Shown here piece after piece: positions 1-8,534 of a DNA stretch of 64,000 bases. Both the position numbers and the translations under genes were made by a program. Numbering within the stretch: position 1 is the stretch's first letter; each line of letters opens with the position of its first letter. The stretch comes from a virus. Under the pieces are notes generated by a model. The model ran no database searches and was not told where the DNA came from. It saw only the letters and a list, made by a program, of their open reading frames with translations. The DNA is taken from IMG/VR virus record IMGVR_UViG_3300031885_000004, positions 1 through 64,000 of that record; one strand, written 5' to 3'.

Positions 1-350
1 GTGGCGGCAGCTGCAGGCCATCATATGAAGATGCTGGTCGTAAGATCAAGCTAAACTTTATCGCGTTTGATGATCAAAAGCATCAATTCATAATATTGAC
101 GGTGCTTGATGAGAAACACGCTGCAAACCCAGAGCTGAAAGACGGTTTATTCTTTTTAATATATAATTATAAACAAGAAATCTATACAATGCAGTCATGG
201 TCAGTATATGGCGCCCAGCTTCATTACCCAGGCAAGAATGAAATAACTTCAATTGTAGCACACAACGGCGACACTAATATGGTGATTGAAAACGTATTGA
301 ATATCCCTGAGCCAAATCAACCATACATAATGGTGTGCATACCCTCGTAG
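1..350 (+). CDS. hypothetical protein, 5'-truncated by window edge
   Basis: Frame of ORF 96..350 stays open back to position 3; the stop abuts tRNA-Ile. Confidence 0.6.
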   Translation, partial: GGSCRPSYEDAGRKIKLNFIAFDDQKHQFIILTVLDEKHAANPELKDGLFFLIYNYKQEIYTMQSWSVYGAQLHYPGKNEITSIVAHNGDTNMVIENVLNIPEPNQPYIMVCIPS

Positions 351-351
351 C

Positions 352-427
352 GGCCCACTAGCTCATTTGGAAGAGCACTCGGCTGATAACCGAGAGGTGT
401 CCGGTCCGAATCCGGAGTGGGCCACCA
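352..427 (+). tRNA. tRNA-Ile(GAT)
   Basis: Cloverleaf; anticodon arm ctcgg-ctGATaa-ccgag; encoded CCA; T-loop has TCC instead of TTC. Confidence 0.92.
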
Positions 428-1181
428 ATTTAGTCCAATATCCTTGGCCAGGCTTATTGATGCCATATTTCTCACACCATTTCGATATTGTTTTATCTGA
501 TACTCCAAACATCTTAGATATATGAGTGGATGGCATTGACCATACCATCTTGCTTAATTCGTCTGATGTCGGTCTATTTGTTTTTCTGCGTAGCATTGCA
601 GCGCATTTAATTGAGCACGTTTGGGTGGAGTCAAATTTCTGCACACCACATATAGGGCATAAATCGATCAATGTATGCTCATGGGATTTGAAACCATTAT
701 CAGCATAGTAGCAAAGCGGCTTGTCTTCATATTTAGAGCGAATCTCAAACTGCTTTTGTACAATATCATTCGATAGAATCCACATTCTGTTATGTATTTC
801 ACAATGGCAATTGTGGCACAACACGATGGTTTTATTTAATTCTATCAGTAGTCTGTTCCAACTAACAGTACCACCAGATGCGATTATTCTTAAGTCTTTG
901 GTTTGCGGATCAATATGGTGAAATGCCAATGCAGCAATACATTGGCTGTAACCACAATACATGCAACTACCACCAGAATAGTCAACTGCTTTACGTTTTA
1001 AACGCCTTCGATGTTCTTTAATTCTTTCGGAATCACGGTACTTCCCTTTATCTCCTGTGTAATAACGCACACCACTTGTTGATAATCCTAACGAAATGGC
1101 AATCTCATTAATGGTCTTACCTTGCGATACTAAATTGAATATTAACTCTCTTCTTGAATTTACCATAGTAGCACCTTTCAT
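363..1181 (-). CDS. HNH homing endonuclease with N- and C-terminal HTH segments
   Basis: CMYCGY...LAFHHIDP...LCHNCHCEIH HNH core with HTH-like ends. Start probably MKGATM (1181) or MVN (1166) rather than 1457. Confidence 0.8.
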   Translation of the reverse strand: MKGATMVNSRRELIFNLVSQGKTINEIAISLGLSTSGVRYYTGDKGKYRDSERIKEHRRRLKRKAVDYSGGSCMYCGYSQCIAALAFHHIDPQTKDLRIIASGGTVSWNRLLIELNKTIVLCHNCHCEIHNRMWILSNDIVQKQFEIRSKYEDKPLCYYADNGFKSHEHTLIDLCPICGVQKFDSTQTCSIKCAAMLRRKTNRPTSDELSKMVWSMPSTHISKMFGVSDKTISKWCEKYGINKPGQGYWTKLVAHSGFGPDTSRLSAECSSK

Positions 1182-1212
1182 AATGCTACTATAGATTTGC
1201 CCGAGGGTACCA

Positions 1213-1758
1213 ATGAAGATCAACTCACAAAAAATCAATTCGACACCGCGTAAGATGCACGCGACATGGTCATTATGTCGGACTTCCTTTAACCAAGAAC
1301 TCATCGATTGGGCTAAAGAGCATAAGCGCGACCCACGAGATAAACTTATGAACCCAGTTGTTAAATCATCAACCATAGTCATAGAACACTGTGGTGAACA
1401 CATTCCAGTTGAAATAAACTCATTAACGCCGATATCACCTTGGGTGGGGTCGGTCATTTGGTTAAAAAAGATGAGGAACCATCATGGTGGTGGGTGGGTG
1501 TGGACACATTCTAGCCGATTATACACACCGGGCGAAGTCATGGTGGCAATTCGCTTAGAAACACACCCAAGTAATAACAAACAATTCGGGTTGGGGCAAG
1601 GCGGCGTTTGGTTCATTAGCGACAGTAAAGTGTTTTATCTCGGTGGTATCAGGCCAACGCTAGAATTTATTAAACAAGAAGATCTCGATAAGAACTTGAT
1701 CACAGACTTGACATTGATAGAGATACTTCGAAATAAATTAGAGGAAATAGAGATATAA
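1213..1758 (+). CDS. hypothetical protein
   Basis: 181-aa ORF ending just before tRNA-Gly. Confidence 0.6.
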   Translation: MKINSQKINSTPRKMHATWSLCRTSFNQELIDWAKEHKRDPRDKLMNPVVKSSTIVIEHCGEHIPVEINSLTPISPWVGSVIWLKKMRNHHGGGWVWTHSSRLYTPGEVMVAIRLETHPSNNKQFGLGQGGVWFISDSKVFYLGGIRPTLEFIKQEDLDKNLITDLTLIEILRNKLEEIEI

Positions 1759-1760
1759 TT

Positions 1761-1831
1761 GCGATCATAGTTCAACGGCAGAATGCCAGATTCCCATTCT
1801 GGCGATGCGAGTTCGATTCTCGCTGATCGCA
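1761..1831 (+). tRNA. tRNA-Gly(CCC)
   Basis: gcgatca/tgatcgc acceptor; ccaga-ttCCCat-tctgg; GTTCGA T-loop. Confidence 0.92.
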
Positions 1832-2034
1832 CTCAAAAATATCTCATGAGACTACCAGTGATATGTGCGTGGTGCAAAAAGCACATGTTAGATAAGGATG
1901 GAAATCCAAGATATATTGAATCAGACACAGAGGGTGTAGTTAAAGCAGATTTCTCATCATCGATATGCGCTAAATGCCGCAAAGATTATTTTGATATCCC
2001 CCTACGCATCTCAAACGATATAGAAGATTAGCAT

Positions 2035-2109
2035 GGTGCCCGTAGCACAAAGGTAGTGCGCTGGACTGTGGCTCCAGAGAAGGCGGGTCAGTACCGCTCG
2101 GGCACCCCA
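2035..2109 (+). tRNA. tRNA-His(GTG)
   Basis: G-1 present; ctgga-ctGTGgc-tccag; CCA; atypical T-loop GTCAGTA. Confidence 0.85.
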
Positions 2110-2128
2110 GAATAATCAAAGGTAGATT

Positions 2129-2515
2129 ATGAAGATTAAGTCAATCTATGAAGATCATACGAGGGCGATCAAGTACACCGAACCAAATCTTGACGCTGAA
2201 TGGGAAGAGGCAAACCGTTATCGCGAATTTAAAATATTGGGCAAGGATGCTTGGCTAAAGCAAGCAAGAATAGGGAAGGTTGAAAATTGGTCTTCGCTTG
2301 GATATGTTGGTAATGTCTGCACAGACCTATCAGCTTTAGAATCTGATAAGGTTGAACGTGTTCAAGCAGCTATTAAGCGTGATGAAGTTGAACTTCCGAT
2401 TGTGGGTCGATGGCCTGACGGCACCCTTGATTTAATAGCTGGAAACACGAGAATAGCGACACTCTTAAATATTGGTATTGACCCGAAAGTATGGGTAGTT
2501 GATGTCCCAAAATAA
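2129..2515 (+). CDS. ParB/Srx-like domain protein
   Basis: LPIV...LIAGNTR resembles the ParB-N DGxHR motif. Confidence 0.6.
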   Translation: MKIKSIYEDHTRAIKYTEPNLDAEWEEANRYREFKILGKDAWLKQARIGKVENWSSLGYVGNVCTDLSALESDKVERVQAAIKRDEVELPIVGRWPDGTLDLIAGNTRIATLLNIGIDPKVWVVDVPK

Positions 2516-2542
2516 TACTTCCAAGAAAAGATCGTATTTGAT

Positions 2543-2857
2543 ATGATATCAGCTGTGCACATAAACCCGGACCCAGAGGCAACGAAATTAATACAAGAAT
2601 ATTTAAAAGAAAACGGTATTGAGCTATATAATGAACTCTTCGATGATAATTACATTTATGCGCATTCTGGTGTTGTTGGTAAGTCAGAAGAAATAGCTAT
2701 TATCGGAGTAAATGGTAGCCAATTAAATATGAAATGTAGGAGCTTCGATCTGCATAACCCTAATAGTCTGCCAGAACTCCTTCAGACATTAAGGAAATGC
2801 CTGAAAAGAGAATGCAAGACGTGCCGTGGTGCGAGCAAGATCGGATTAAGTGGCTAG
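2543..2857 (+). CDS. hypothetical protein, DLHxPxS paralog family
   Basis: SFDLHNPNSLPEL motif shared with three other ORFs in the tRNA array. Confidence 0.65.
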   Translation: MISAVHINPDPEATKLIQEYLKENGIELYNELFDDNYIYAHSGVVGKSEEIAIIGVNGSQLNMKCRSFDLHNPNSLPELLQTLRKCLKRECKTCRGASKIGLSG

Positions 2858-2876
2858 TCATTTATTAGGAGGATAA

Positions 2877-3113
2877 ATGGGAGCCTGGTTCAGGAAGCAC
2901 GAGGCCGAGGTCTTGGCCACCATCTCCGGCGCTATTGCTGGAGGGACTATGGGGATGGCCATCGGCAGGAAGATCGGAATCGTTGCAGGACCTATCGGTG
3001 CAGCGGCTGGAACAGTCGTTTGCGGGATCGCCGGTACGATCATCGGAGGCTTGGCGGGAAACCGCGCAGGCCACGGGATCGACGACTACCGGATGGTCGG
3101 GGCCGAGAGGTAA
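2877..3113 (+). CDS. glycine-zipper membrane protein
   Basis: Strong AGGAGG RBS; repeated GxxxG motifs; locally GC-rich. Confidence 0.7.
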   Translation: MGAWFRKHEAEVLATISGAIAGGTMGMAIGRKIGIVAGPIGAAAGTVVCGIAGTIIGGLAGNRAGHGIDDYRMVGAER

Positions 3114-3224
3114 ATCTGCGATGAGTGGCTCGAGCCTAAGCTCGGGTAAGTAAACTTAAACTGGGAGCTGTCGGGGAAGCCCCAGAGATGACAACGGCTC
3201 GCGCAAGCGGGCAACCCGATATTT

Positions 3225-3301
3225 CGGGGCGTAGCTCAGTAGGCTAGAGCGCAAGCCTTGGGCGCTTGAGGTCGCTGGTTCGAGACCAGTCGCCCCGACC
3301 A
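3225..3301 (+). tRNA. tRNA-Pro(TGG)
   Basis: cggggcg acceptor; caagc-ctTGGgc-gcttg; CCA. Confidence 0.93.
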
Positions 3302-3371
3302 GATAAACGGAGGCACAATGAAAAAGATAAACACTTTCCTCTAGTGGCAATAATGCCGCTTAGAGGACAAC

Positions 3372-3554
3372 ATGGGTTGGCTAAGACAACCGAAGACTAC
3401 TCAAGAAAAACGGTTGTGGGATCGAGAGTATGGTAGGGCTAACAGATCTCCTTGTCGCCTCCCAACCAGTTATGATGACGTACCTACTCAAACTAACGTG
3501 AGATGCTGGAAGAAATATCGTAAAACTCAATATCGGGTTCGAGCGGTAGTCTAG
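3372..3554 (+). CDS. small basic phage protein
   Basis: GAGGA RBS; 60 aa, Arg/Lys/Trp-rich. Confidence 0.6.
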   Translation: MGWLRQPKTTQEKRLWDREYGRANRSPCRLPTSYDDVPTQTNVRCWKKYRKTQYRVRAVV

Positions 3555-3614
3555 CCTGGTTAAGACGCCACGTTCGGGACGTGGAGAGCGCGAGTTCAAC
3601 TCTCGCCCGCTCGA
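3540..3614 (+). tRNA. tRNA-Pro(CGG)
   Basis: ccacg-ttCGGga-cgtgg; GTTCAA T-loop. Confidence 0.9.
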
Positions 3615-3619
3615 TGAAT

Positions 3620-3701
3620 GCGCGAGTGGTGGAATTGGTAGACACGCGAGTTCGAGGAGCTCGTACCGAAAGGCGTGGGAGTTCGACTCTCCCCTCGCGC
3701 A
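3620..3701 (+). tRNA. tRNA-Leu(GAG)
   Basis: Long variable arm; cgagt-tcGAGga-gctcg (C33). Confidence 0.88.
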
Positions 3702-3705
3702 TTAA

Positions 3706-3999
3706 ATGGAATTCACAGAACATTGCATGAGTTGTCGCCGAAGATTTGGCGAGGACTTTGACTATGTTCATCTATGGCTAGACGAATTCCATGGGACCAA
3801 AGAATATAAAACCAAACACAGAAAGGTAAGACACCACAAAGCTGGTATCGAAGAGGTACGCAAGAAGTGGGGTGATAGGGCAGCTGAGGCTGCTAAACTA
3901 CATATCCTCGATGATATTAAATGGGGCGAGGATTTAAGAGCTGACGAATATTGGATCCCAGACAATGAAGCCGACTACGTCAAAAGAGGATATTGGTAA
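3706..3999 (+). CDS. hypothetical protein
   Basis: 97-aa His-rich ORF starting 5 nt after tRNA-Leu. Confidence 0.65.
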   Translation: MEFTEHCMSCRRRFGEDFDYVHLWLDEFHGTKEYKTKHRKVRHHKAGIEEVRKKWGDRAAEAAKLHILDDIKWGEDLRADEYWIPDNEADYVKRGYW

Positions 4000-4414
4000 A
4001 GAAGACAACCTTCTTTATCATATAATATTAAGACTATTGAAAGAAAGCAAAGATGGCCTGTATATAAGGAAGGTTGTTGGACATCCACCAGACACATTTG
4101 AAATATTTAGTGATCTATTGTTTTGTGCTCCAGAAACGTTTTATTTGTATGGGACAACTTTTGGTTGTACGTTTCACTCGGCTGACGTGCATGATCCAGA
4201 CAGTTTTGATATTTGTACTAAAGCAATAAAATATCATATGAAAAATTGTCAAATTAGATCATTGCCAGCCATAGACACAGAGCGCAGACGCAGACTTCCT
4301 GATATGGCAAAGCGGTCAAAAAGTTCAATCGGCACCGTATGCATCAATTGTCCCTTTGTGAGACATGAGCGGGACGCGTCACCTAACGGTAGGGTGCATG
4401 GGTCACATCCATGA
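3965..4414 (+). CDS. hypothetical protein, DLHxPxS paralog family
   Basis: ADVHDPDSF motif; 3' end runs into tRNA-Val. Confidence 0.55.
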   Translation: MKPTTSKEDIGKEDNLLYHIILRLLKESKDGLYIRKVVGHPPDTFEIFSDLLFCAPETFYLYGTTFGCTFHSADVHDPDSFDICTKAIKYHMKNCQIRSLPAIDTERRRRLPDMAKRSKSSIGTVCINCPFVRHERDASPNGRVHGSHP

Positions 4415-4442
4415 TGCGAGAGTTCGATTCTCTCCGCGTCCA
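4372..4442 (+). tRNA. tRNA-Val(CAC)
   Basis: ggacgcg/cgcgtcc; catgg-gtCACat-ccatg. Confidence 0.87.
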
Positions 4443-4444
4443 TT

Positions 4445-4515
4445 GGACGTATTGCATAAAGGTAGTGCGCTTGCTCGACGCGCAAGAAGCCGAGGTTCGA
4501 TTCCTCGTACGTCCA
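4445..4515 (+). tRNA. tRNA-Val(GAC)
   Basis: ggacgta/tacgtcc; cttgc-tcGACgc-gcaag (C33). Confidence 0.87.
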
Positions 4516-4759
4516 TAAGAGCTAATGCTCAAGAGCCTAGGAGGATCGATGTCGAAAAGACTGAAATGGAAGATATTCTTCTTCTATGTCCACTGGAAGA
4601 AAGCCTTCTGGTGTTCGATATTCCACATGCGACATCGATGTTATCCGGCGGTTTGGAAGACCAACAATAGTAGATGGCACTGCGAAAAGTGTTGTCCGTG
4701 CGGCATTGGTCTTGAGTGCGCCATAGATATTGACAAGGACCCAGCATAAAGTAGGATAA

Positions 4760-4959
4760 GAGAGCCGATGCGCGTAAGCGACCGGAAGTGTGAGGCAACA
4801 ATGGGGCGGCGTAGGAGGGTGGAAACATCCATCAGGACTATGTGCCGAGACTGGAAACGGTTTCGGGCCGCGTCTCACTCGGGCAGATCGAGAAACTCCT
4901 GTTGTTGTGTCAGATCCACGGCGGGACTGCACTCACTGCTGAAGTCCCGGTCGGCTCTT
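4760..4959 (+). ncRNA. candidate ~200-nt structured RNA of unknown class
   Basis: Ends pair (gagagccga/tcggctctt); GNRA-capped hairpins cgc-gtaa-gcg, gggtg-gaaa-catcc, ccgagactg-gaaa-cggtttcgg; directly precedes tRNA-Glu. Confidence 0.65.
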
Positions 4960-4961
4960 TC

Positions 4962-5032
4962 GCCCCTGTAGTCCAGTGGTAGGATGCTTGGTTCTCAGCC
5001 AAGCGATGCCGGTTCGATTCCGACCAGGGGTA
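4962..5032 (+). tRNA. tRNA-Glu(CTC)
   Basis: cttgg-ttCTCag-ccaag; GTTCGA. Confidence 0.88.
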
Positions 5033-5040
5033 TTAATATG

Positions 5041-5111
5041 GGGCATGTGTCGTAACGGAAGCGTGCGACTCTTACAAGGTCGCGGAAGTGGTTCAATTCC
5101 ACTCATGCCCA
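5041..5111 (+). tRNA. tRNA-Val(TAC)
   Basis: gggcatg/catgccc; cgact-ctTACaa-ggtcg. Confidence 0.85.
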
Positions 5112-5125
5112 TTACGCGAATTTAA

Positions 5126-5196
5126 GCCAGTGTAGTACAGTGGTAGTACATCGGTTCCGTAAACCGAGGACCGGAGTCCGATTCTCCGCACTGGCT
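5126..5196 (+). tRNA. tRNA-Thr(CGT)
   Basis: gccagtg/cactggc; tcggt-tcCGTaa-accga (C33, C55). Confidence 0.85.
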
Positions 5197-5199
5197 TCA

Positions 5200-5520
5200 A
5201 TGAAAAATTATGACATAACACAACAACGAGCCTTAAAAGCCACCTGGTCCATTCTGGAAGTTGAGGATATTAAGAACATGGGTCCGATGCTATCACAACG
5301 CAACTTTGATTTGATTCAGAAGATGCTACACGATCACGAGTTTGATCCTCTACCATTCATAGAAGATGCGTTGACATTTTTGCTCGATCATGTTGAGTAT
5401 AGCAATCATCCTTTAAGTGTAGCCGCCGATGAATACAGAAAAAGACACGATATGCCAGATCTGCCAAAGAAAGGCCCCAGATTCTTACCTGGAAAATCAT
5501 CACCTAATTCCGGGACTTAA
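5200..5520 (+). CDS. hypothetical protein with N-terminal gp23-like segment
   Basis: RALKATWSILEVEDIK resembles the RxLKAxY/WTxExxQDL stretch of T4-like major capsid proteins; ATG follows tRNA-Thr. Confidence 0.55.
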   Translation: MKNYDITQQRALKATWSILEVEDIKNMGPMLSQRNFDLIQKMLHDHEFDPLPFIEDALTFLLDHVEYSNHPLSVAADEYRKRHDMPDLPKKGPRFLPGKSSPNSGT

Positions 5521-5713
5521 GAAGGGGCCAACAATAAAGGTATGTTGTGGTTGCGGTGACCAACTCCACCACCTCTACACCAATAAAGAACTCGAGAAAA
5601 GGTTCAACACCCTCGAGGCAATACTTACCGACGAGAGGGTTCAAAAGTGGGTCAAATGGGTATCTAAGAAGAGTGATTTCAACATCTGTGTGAAAGCTAA
5701 GAAGAGAAGATAA
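5429..5713 (+). CDS. small HNH-like zinc-binding protein
   Basis: CQICQR...HHLIP...CCGCGDQLH. Confidence 0.65.
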   Translation: MNTEKDTICQICQRKAPDSYLENHHLIPGLKKGPTIKVCCGCGDQLHHLYTNKELEKRFNTLEAILTDERVQKWVKWVSKKSDFNICVKAKKRR

Positions 5714-5714
5714 T

Positions 5715-5975
5715 ATGATATCAGACAATGATAGATTTGTGATCGCGCTTGGTAGATCACCTCTTGGACGCGCCATTGATAACCTTAAGTTTACCATGAG
5801 ATTATTGGGTGAGTGTTCAACTCACCTAGAGGATAGACAAGAACCAGGGCGTGAGATAGTTGTGGACTCGGTTGCAGCATTAAAAGAAATATCAGATAAA
5901 CTATTAAAAATTAATGATGATCTTAGATGGTATCAGAATTGGAAACCAGAAGAAGTTAAAAGCGTGCCAGTGTAG
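5715..5975 (+). CDS. hypothetical protein
   Basis: 86-aa ORF coupled to the upstream gene. Confidence 0.55.
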   Translation: MISDNDRFVIALGRSPLGRAIDNLKFTMRLLGECSTHLEDRQEPGREIVVDSVAALKEISDKLLKINDDLRWYQNWKPEEVKSVPV

Positions 5976-6040
5976 CACAATGGCGGTGCAAGTGCTTTGT
6001 AAGCACGAGGTTGGGAGTTCAACTCTCCCCACTGGCTCCA
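5966..6040 (+). tRNA. tRNA-Thr(TGT)
   Basis: gtgc-ttTGTaa-gcac; CCA. Confidence 0.9.
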
Positions 6041-6043
6041 AAC

Positions 6044-6116
6044 GCCGGGGTGGTGTAGCGGCTCTGCACGTCGCTCTCATAAGGCGAAAGTGCCGGATCA
6101 TCACCGGCCCCCGGTA
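6044..6116 (+). tRNA. tRNA-Met/Ile2(CAT)
   Basis: tcgct-ctCATaa-ggcga; atypical T-loop ATCATCA. Confidence 0.78.
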
Positions 6117-6164
6117 CTAGCACACCTATCCACCAAATCTATTATGGATTTTTAGGAGATTTAT

Positions 6165-6698
6165 ATGAAATGGTTAGCCATTCTTCCACTGCTATTTACC
6201 GGGTGCATCACAACTGACGAATTCACGAAGATGTGGTTAAAACACGTCGAGAAGTCCTACAATTGGATCCAGGCCGACAATGAGGCCATGAAATATAAAG
6301 ATGGCGAGGAAGAGGCAAGGAAATACCTCCAAGATTTAAGGACAATGACTGACCCATACGCAATCAGCCAAAAGATTGTAAAGGATGGTTTCGACTGGCG
6401 TGCTGAGGTCATAGATTTCACCAATTACCCTTGGGTAACAATTGCTAAGAAAAGGGGTGATTGCGACGATTTCGCGGCCCTCTGGGATGCAACATTCAAG
6501 TACAGGGGCAAAACTGAAAGAGTATATGTCGCTAAGAGAGATCACAGTAGTGCACACGCAATGATTCTCTACAACGATGGCGTAAAGTTGTATATCCTAT
6601 CTAACCAATACGTGTTGAGCGTTGGTGGACCTGACGATGGAGATAAATTAATAAAATTATTCTATAAAGAAGAAACCGGACAATTTATAAGATATTAG
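6165..6698 (+). CDS. lipoprotein with transglutaminase-like cysteine peptidase domain
   Basis: Lipobox LFTGC; GDCDDFA catalytic Cys motif and downstream HA; AGGAG RBS. Confidence 0.75.
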   Translation: MKWLAILPLLFTGCITTDEFTKMWLKHVEKSYNWIQADNEAMKYKDGEEEARKYLQDLRTMTDPYAISQKIVKDGFDWRAEVIDFTNYPWVTIAKKRGDCDDFAALWDATFKYRGKTERVYVAKRDHSSAHAMILYNDGVKLYILSNQYVLSVGGPDDGDKLIKLFYKEETGQFIRY

Positions 6699-6699
6699 T

Positions 6700-6786
6700 G
6701 GAGAGTGAACCGGACAGGCGCGCCGGGCGTGTTTTGAAAGCACTGCGCACCGGAAACGGTGTGGGGATCGTGCCCTCCGCTCTCCG
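6700..6786 (+). tRNA. tRNA-Ser(TGA)
   Basis: ggagagt/gctctcc; gtgt-ttTGAaa-gcac; long variable arm; G73. Confidence 0.85.
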
Positions 6787-7013
6787 TTATTAAGGACTAT
6801 GGAATGCCACTCGATAGTAGACGAAGCCGCAAATACCGTGGTGATGACGAGCGATTCCGAAAGGCTGAGAAAATGCCTGACCAAAACCATTGTATGAGCT
6901 GCGGTAAGCACGCCACTAGACGAAGCCAACATTGGCCCGGTGGGTGGTTATGTGATGATTGCTTCCCAAATGATATGACCATTGCTGCCGAAATGGCACA
7001 TCATACTGAAACT

Positions 7014-7102
7014 GGAGGGTAGAACCGGTGGGGCATACCGGCGTCGTTTCGAAGACGAATGGTCCCTTAAGGGATGCTGTTCGAACCAGCCACCCTCCGC
7101 CA
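7014..7102 (+). tRNA. tRNA-Ser(CGA), non-canonical 8/4-type fold
   Basis: tcgt-ttCGAag-acga; 6-bp D-stem; 4-bp T-stem gctg/cagc; GCCA end. Confidence 0.8.
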
Positions 7103-7121
7103 GTCATGTGAGGATCCGAAG

Positions 7122-7391
7122 ATGAACAGAGGTGAGAGACGTAGAAGGTCAGCAGTCATTTACAAGAAAAGACTTGGTGAGCATAAGCAAACAGAAGTTC
7201 CGTGGGCTAAATTCATAAAGCCTCCGGAACCTCCAAAGACCTATCACTTAAAGGATACCCCCAAAATATGCTCGTGTAATTGCTGTCGCAGCGCACGCAA
7301 GAATGAGTGGACTAAAAAGAAGGACAGAATAACAAAACAAGAAAAATTCAATAACATGAAATTCAATGAGGAATTAAAAGACGCTGGATAG
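7122..7391 (+). CDS. small basic Cys-containing protein
   Basis: MNRGERRRR...CSCNCC; start after GAGG. Confidence 0.6.
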   Translation: MNRGERRRRSAVIYKKRLGEHKQTEVPWAKFIKPPEPPKTYHLKDTPKICSCNCCRSARKNEWTKKKDRITKQEKFNNMKFNEELKDAG

Positions 7392-7394
7392 TCT

Positions 7395-7479
7395 GGCGGG
7401 TAGAACTGGGATGAATCCCGGCGCTGTCTGGAATGCAGATGGTCCCGAAAGGGATGGAGTTTGATTCTCCCACCCGCCG
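7395..7479 (+). tRNA. tRNA-Ser(GGA), non-canonical 8/4-type fold
   Basis: ctgt-ctGGAat-gcag; D-stem ctggga/tcccgg; 4-bp T-stem ggag/ctcc. Confidence 0.78.
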
Positions 7480-7482
7480 CTT

Positions 7483-7567
7483 GGAGGTGAGAACCGGTAG
7501 GGCTACCGGCGCTGTTTGCTAAACAGATGGTCCCCTATGGGATGTGGTTCAAACCCGCCCACCTCCG
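7483..7567 (+). tRNA. tRNA-Ser(GCT), non-canonical 8/4-type fold
   Basis: ctgt-ttGCTaa-acag; D-stem ccggta/taccgg; 4-bp T-stem gtgg/ccgc. Confidence 0.8.
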
Positions 7568-7606
7568 TTAAGTTGTGTCCTTTTGATAAACAATAAGGAG
7601 ATTGGC

Positions 7607-7930
7607 ATGCGTCTAGGAGACAACAAAGATCTGGCGGCTAAATTGGACAAGGTTGGGCAAGCAGTCAGTGTTTCAGATCAGAAATCAAAGATTATCAAAC
7701 AGCTCGCAATCATCAGACAAGAAATCCCATATTTGATGTCAAGCCTACAGAGCGAAGAACTAAGCAAATCAATGGATACAATCTCAAAAGCAACCAGTAT
7801 GTTGTGCACAATCGACAACGAAAATTCTCAAGAAATAAGCAAGGAGTTTAGTAGATTAAAAGAAGCGGTTAGTAATTTAAATAAAATCTTAAATAGATTC
7901 GGCGAAATCACGCACACAGACAAAAGTTAG
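7607..7930 (+). CDS. hypothetical coiled-coil protein
   Basis: AAGGAG RBS before MRLGDNK. Confidence 0.6.
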   Translation: MRLGDNKDLAAKLDKVGQAVSVSDQKSKIIKQLAIIRQEIPYLMSSLQSEELSKSMDTISKATSMLCTIDNENSQEISKEFSRLKEAVSNLNKILNRFGEITHTDKS

Positions 7931-7935
7931 CTGTT

Positions 7936-8008
7936 GACTCCGATGCCGAAGCGACGAGGCACTTGATTGCAAATCAAGCCTTAGCGAGTTCGAGTCTCGC
8001 CGGAGTCT
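7936..8008 (+). tRNA. tRNA-Cys(GCA)
   Basis: gactccg/cggagtc; cttga-ttGCAaa-tcaag; U73. Confidence 0.88.
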
Positions 8009-8010
8009 TT

Positions 8011-8085
8011 GCCGCCTTGGTGCTAACGGTAACACGCGACTTCGGTAAAGTCGAGTCGGGAGTTCAACTCTCCCAGGCGGCTCCA
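8011..8085 (+). tRNA. tRNA-Thr(GGT)
   Basis: cgact-tcGGTaa-agtcg (C33); CCA. Confidence 0.88.
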
Positions 8086-8454
8086 ATGGATAAGTCAGAA
8101 GTATTGTCAATGATAAAGGAGTATGTTAAAGAACAGGGATATCTTACATCTCCATACGGATTCTACATAACATCGAACATGGCTATCGATGAGTTTGTTG
8201 TATATAAGAAAGATTATAAAATTCCAACTTATGCGGTTAGGCTTGGTGTGGTTACTGTTAATGGAAATTCAATTGAATTTCACCCATCAACATATGACGA
8301 ACATTTTGTAGAACAATTAACAAAAAGTGAAGAACCACATAACTATAACTTATTCGACCCAAACAGCCTTCCAGAGCTGATTAAGCAATTAGAAATACAC
8401 TTCGGTATAATGAAGACGGCTATTGAGCAATGCAAGAAGGCCCCTGTAGGCTAA
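8086..8454 (+). CDS. hypothetical protein, DLHxPxS paralog family
   Basis: ATG immediately after the tRNA CCA; YNLFDPNSLPEL motif. Confidence 0.65.
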   Translation: MDKSEVLSMIKEYVKEQGYLTSPYGFYITSNMAIDEFVVYKKDYKIPTYAVRLGVVTVNGNSIEFHPSTYDEHFVEQLTKSEEPHNYNLFDPNSLPELIKQLEIHFGIMKTAIEQCKKAPVG

Positions 8455-8515
8455 CTGGATAAACCAGCGCTCTTCTAAAGCGCATATCCCCGTTCAAGTC
8501 GGGGCAGGGGCACCA
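8440..8515 (+). tRNA. tRNA-Arg(TCT)
   Basis: gcgct-ctTCTaa-agcgc; CCA. Confidence 0.9.
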
Positions 8516-8534
8516 GAGGTATCTGAAAATATAC

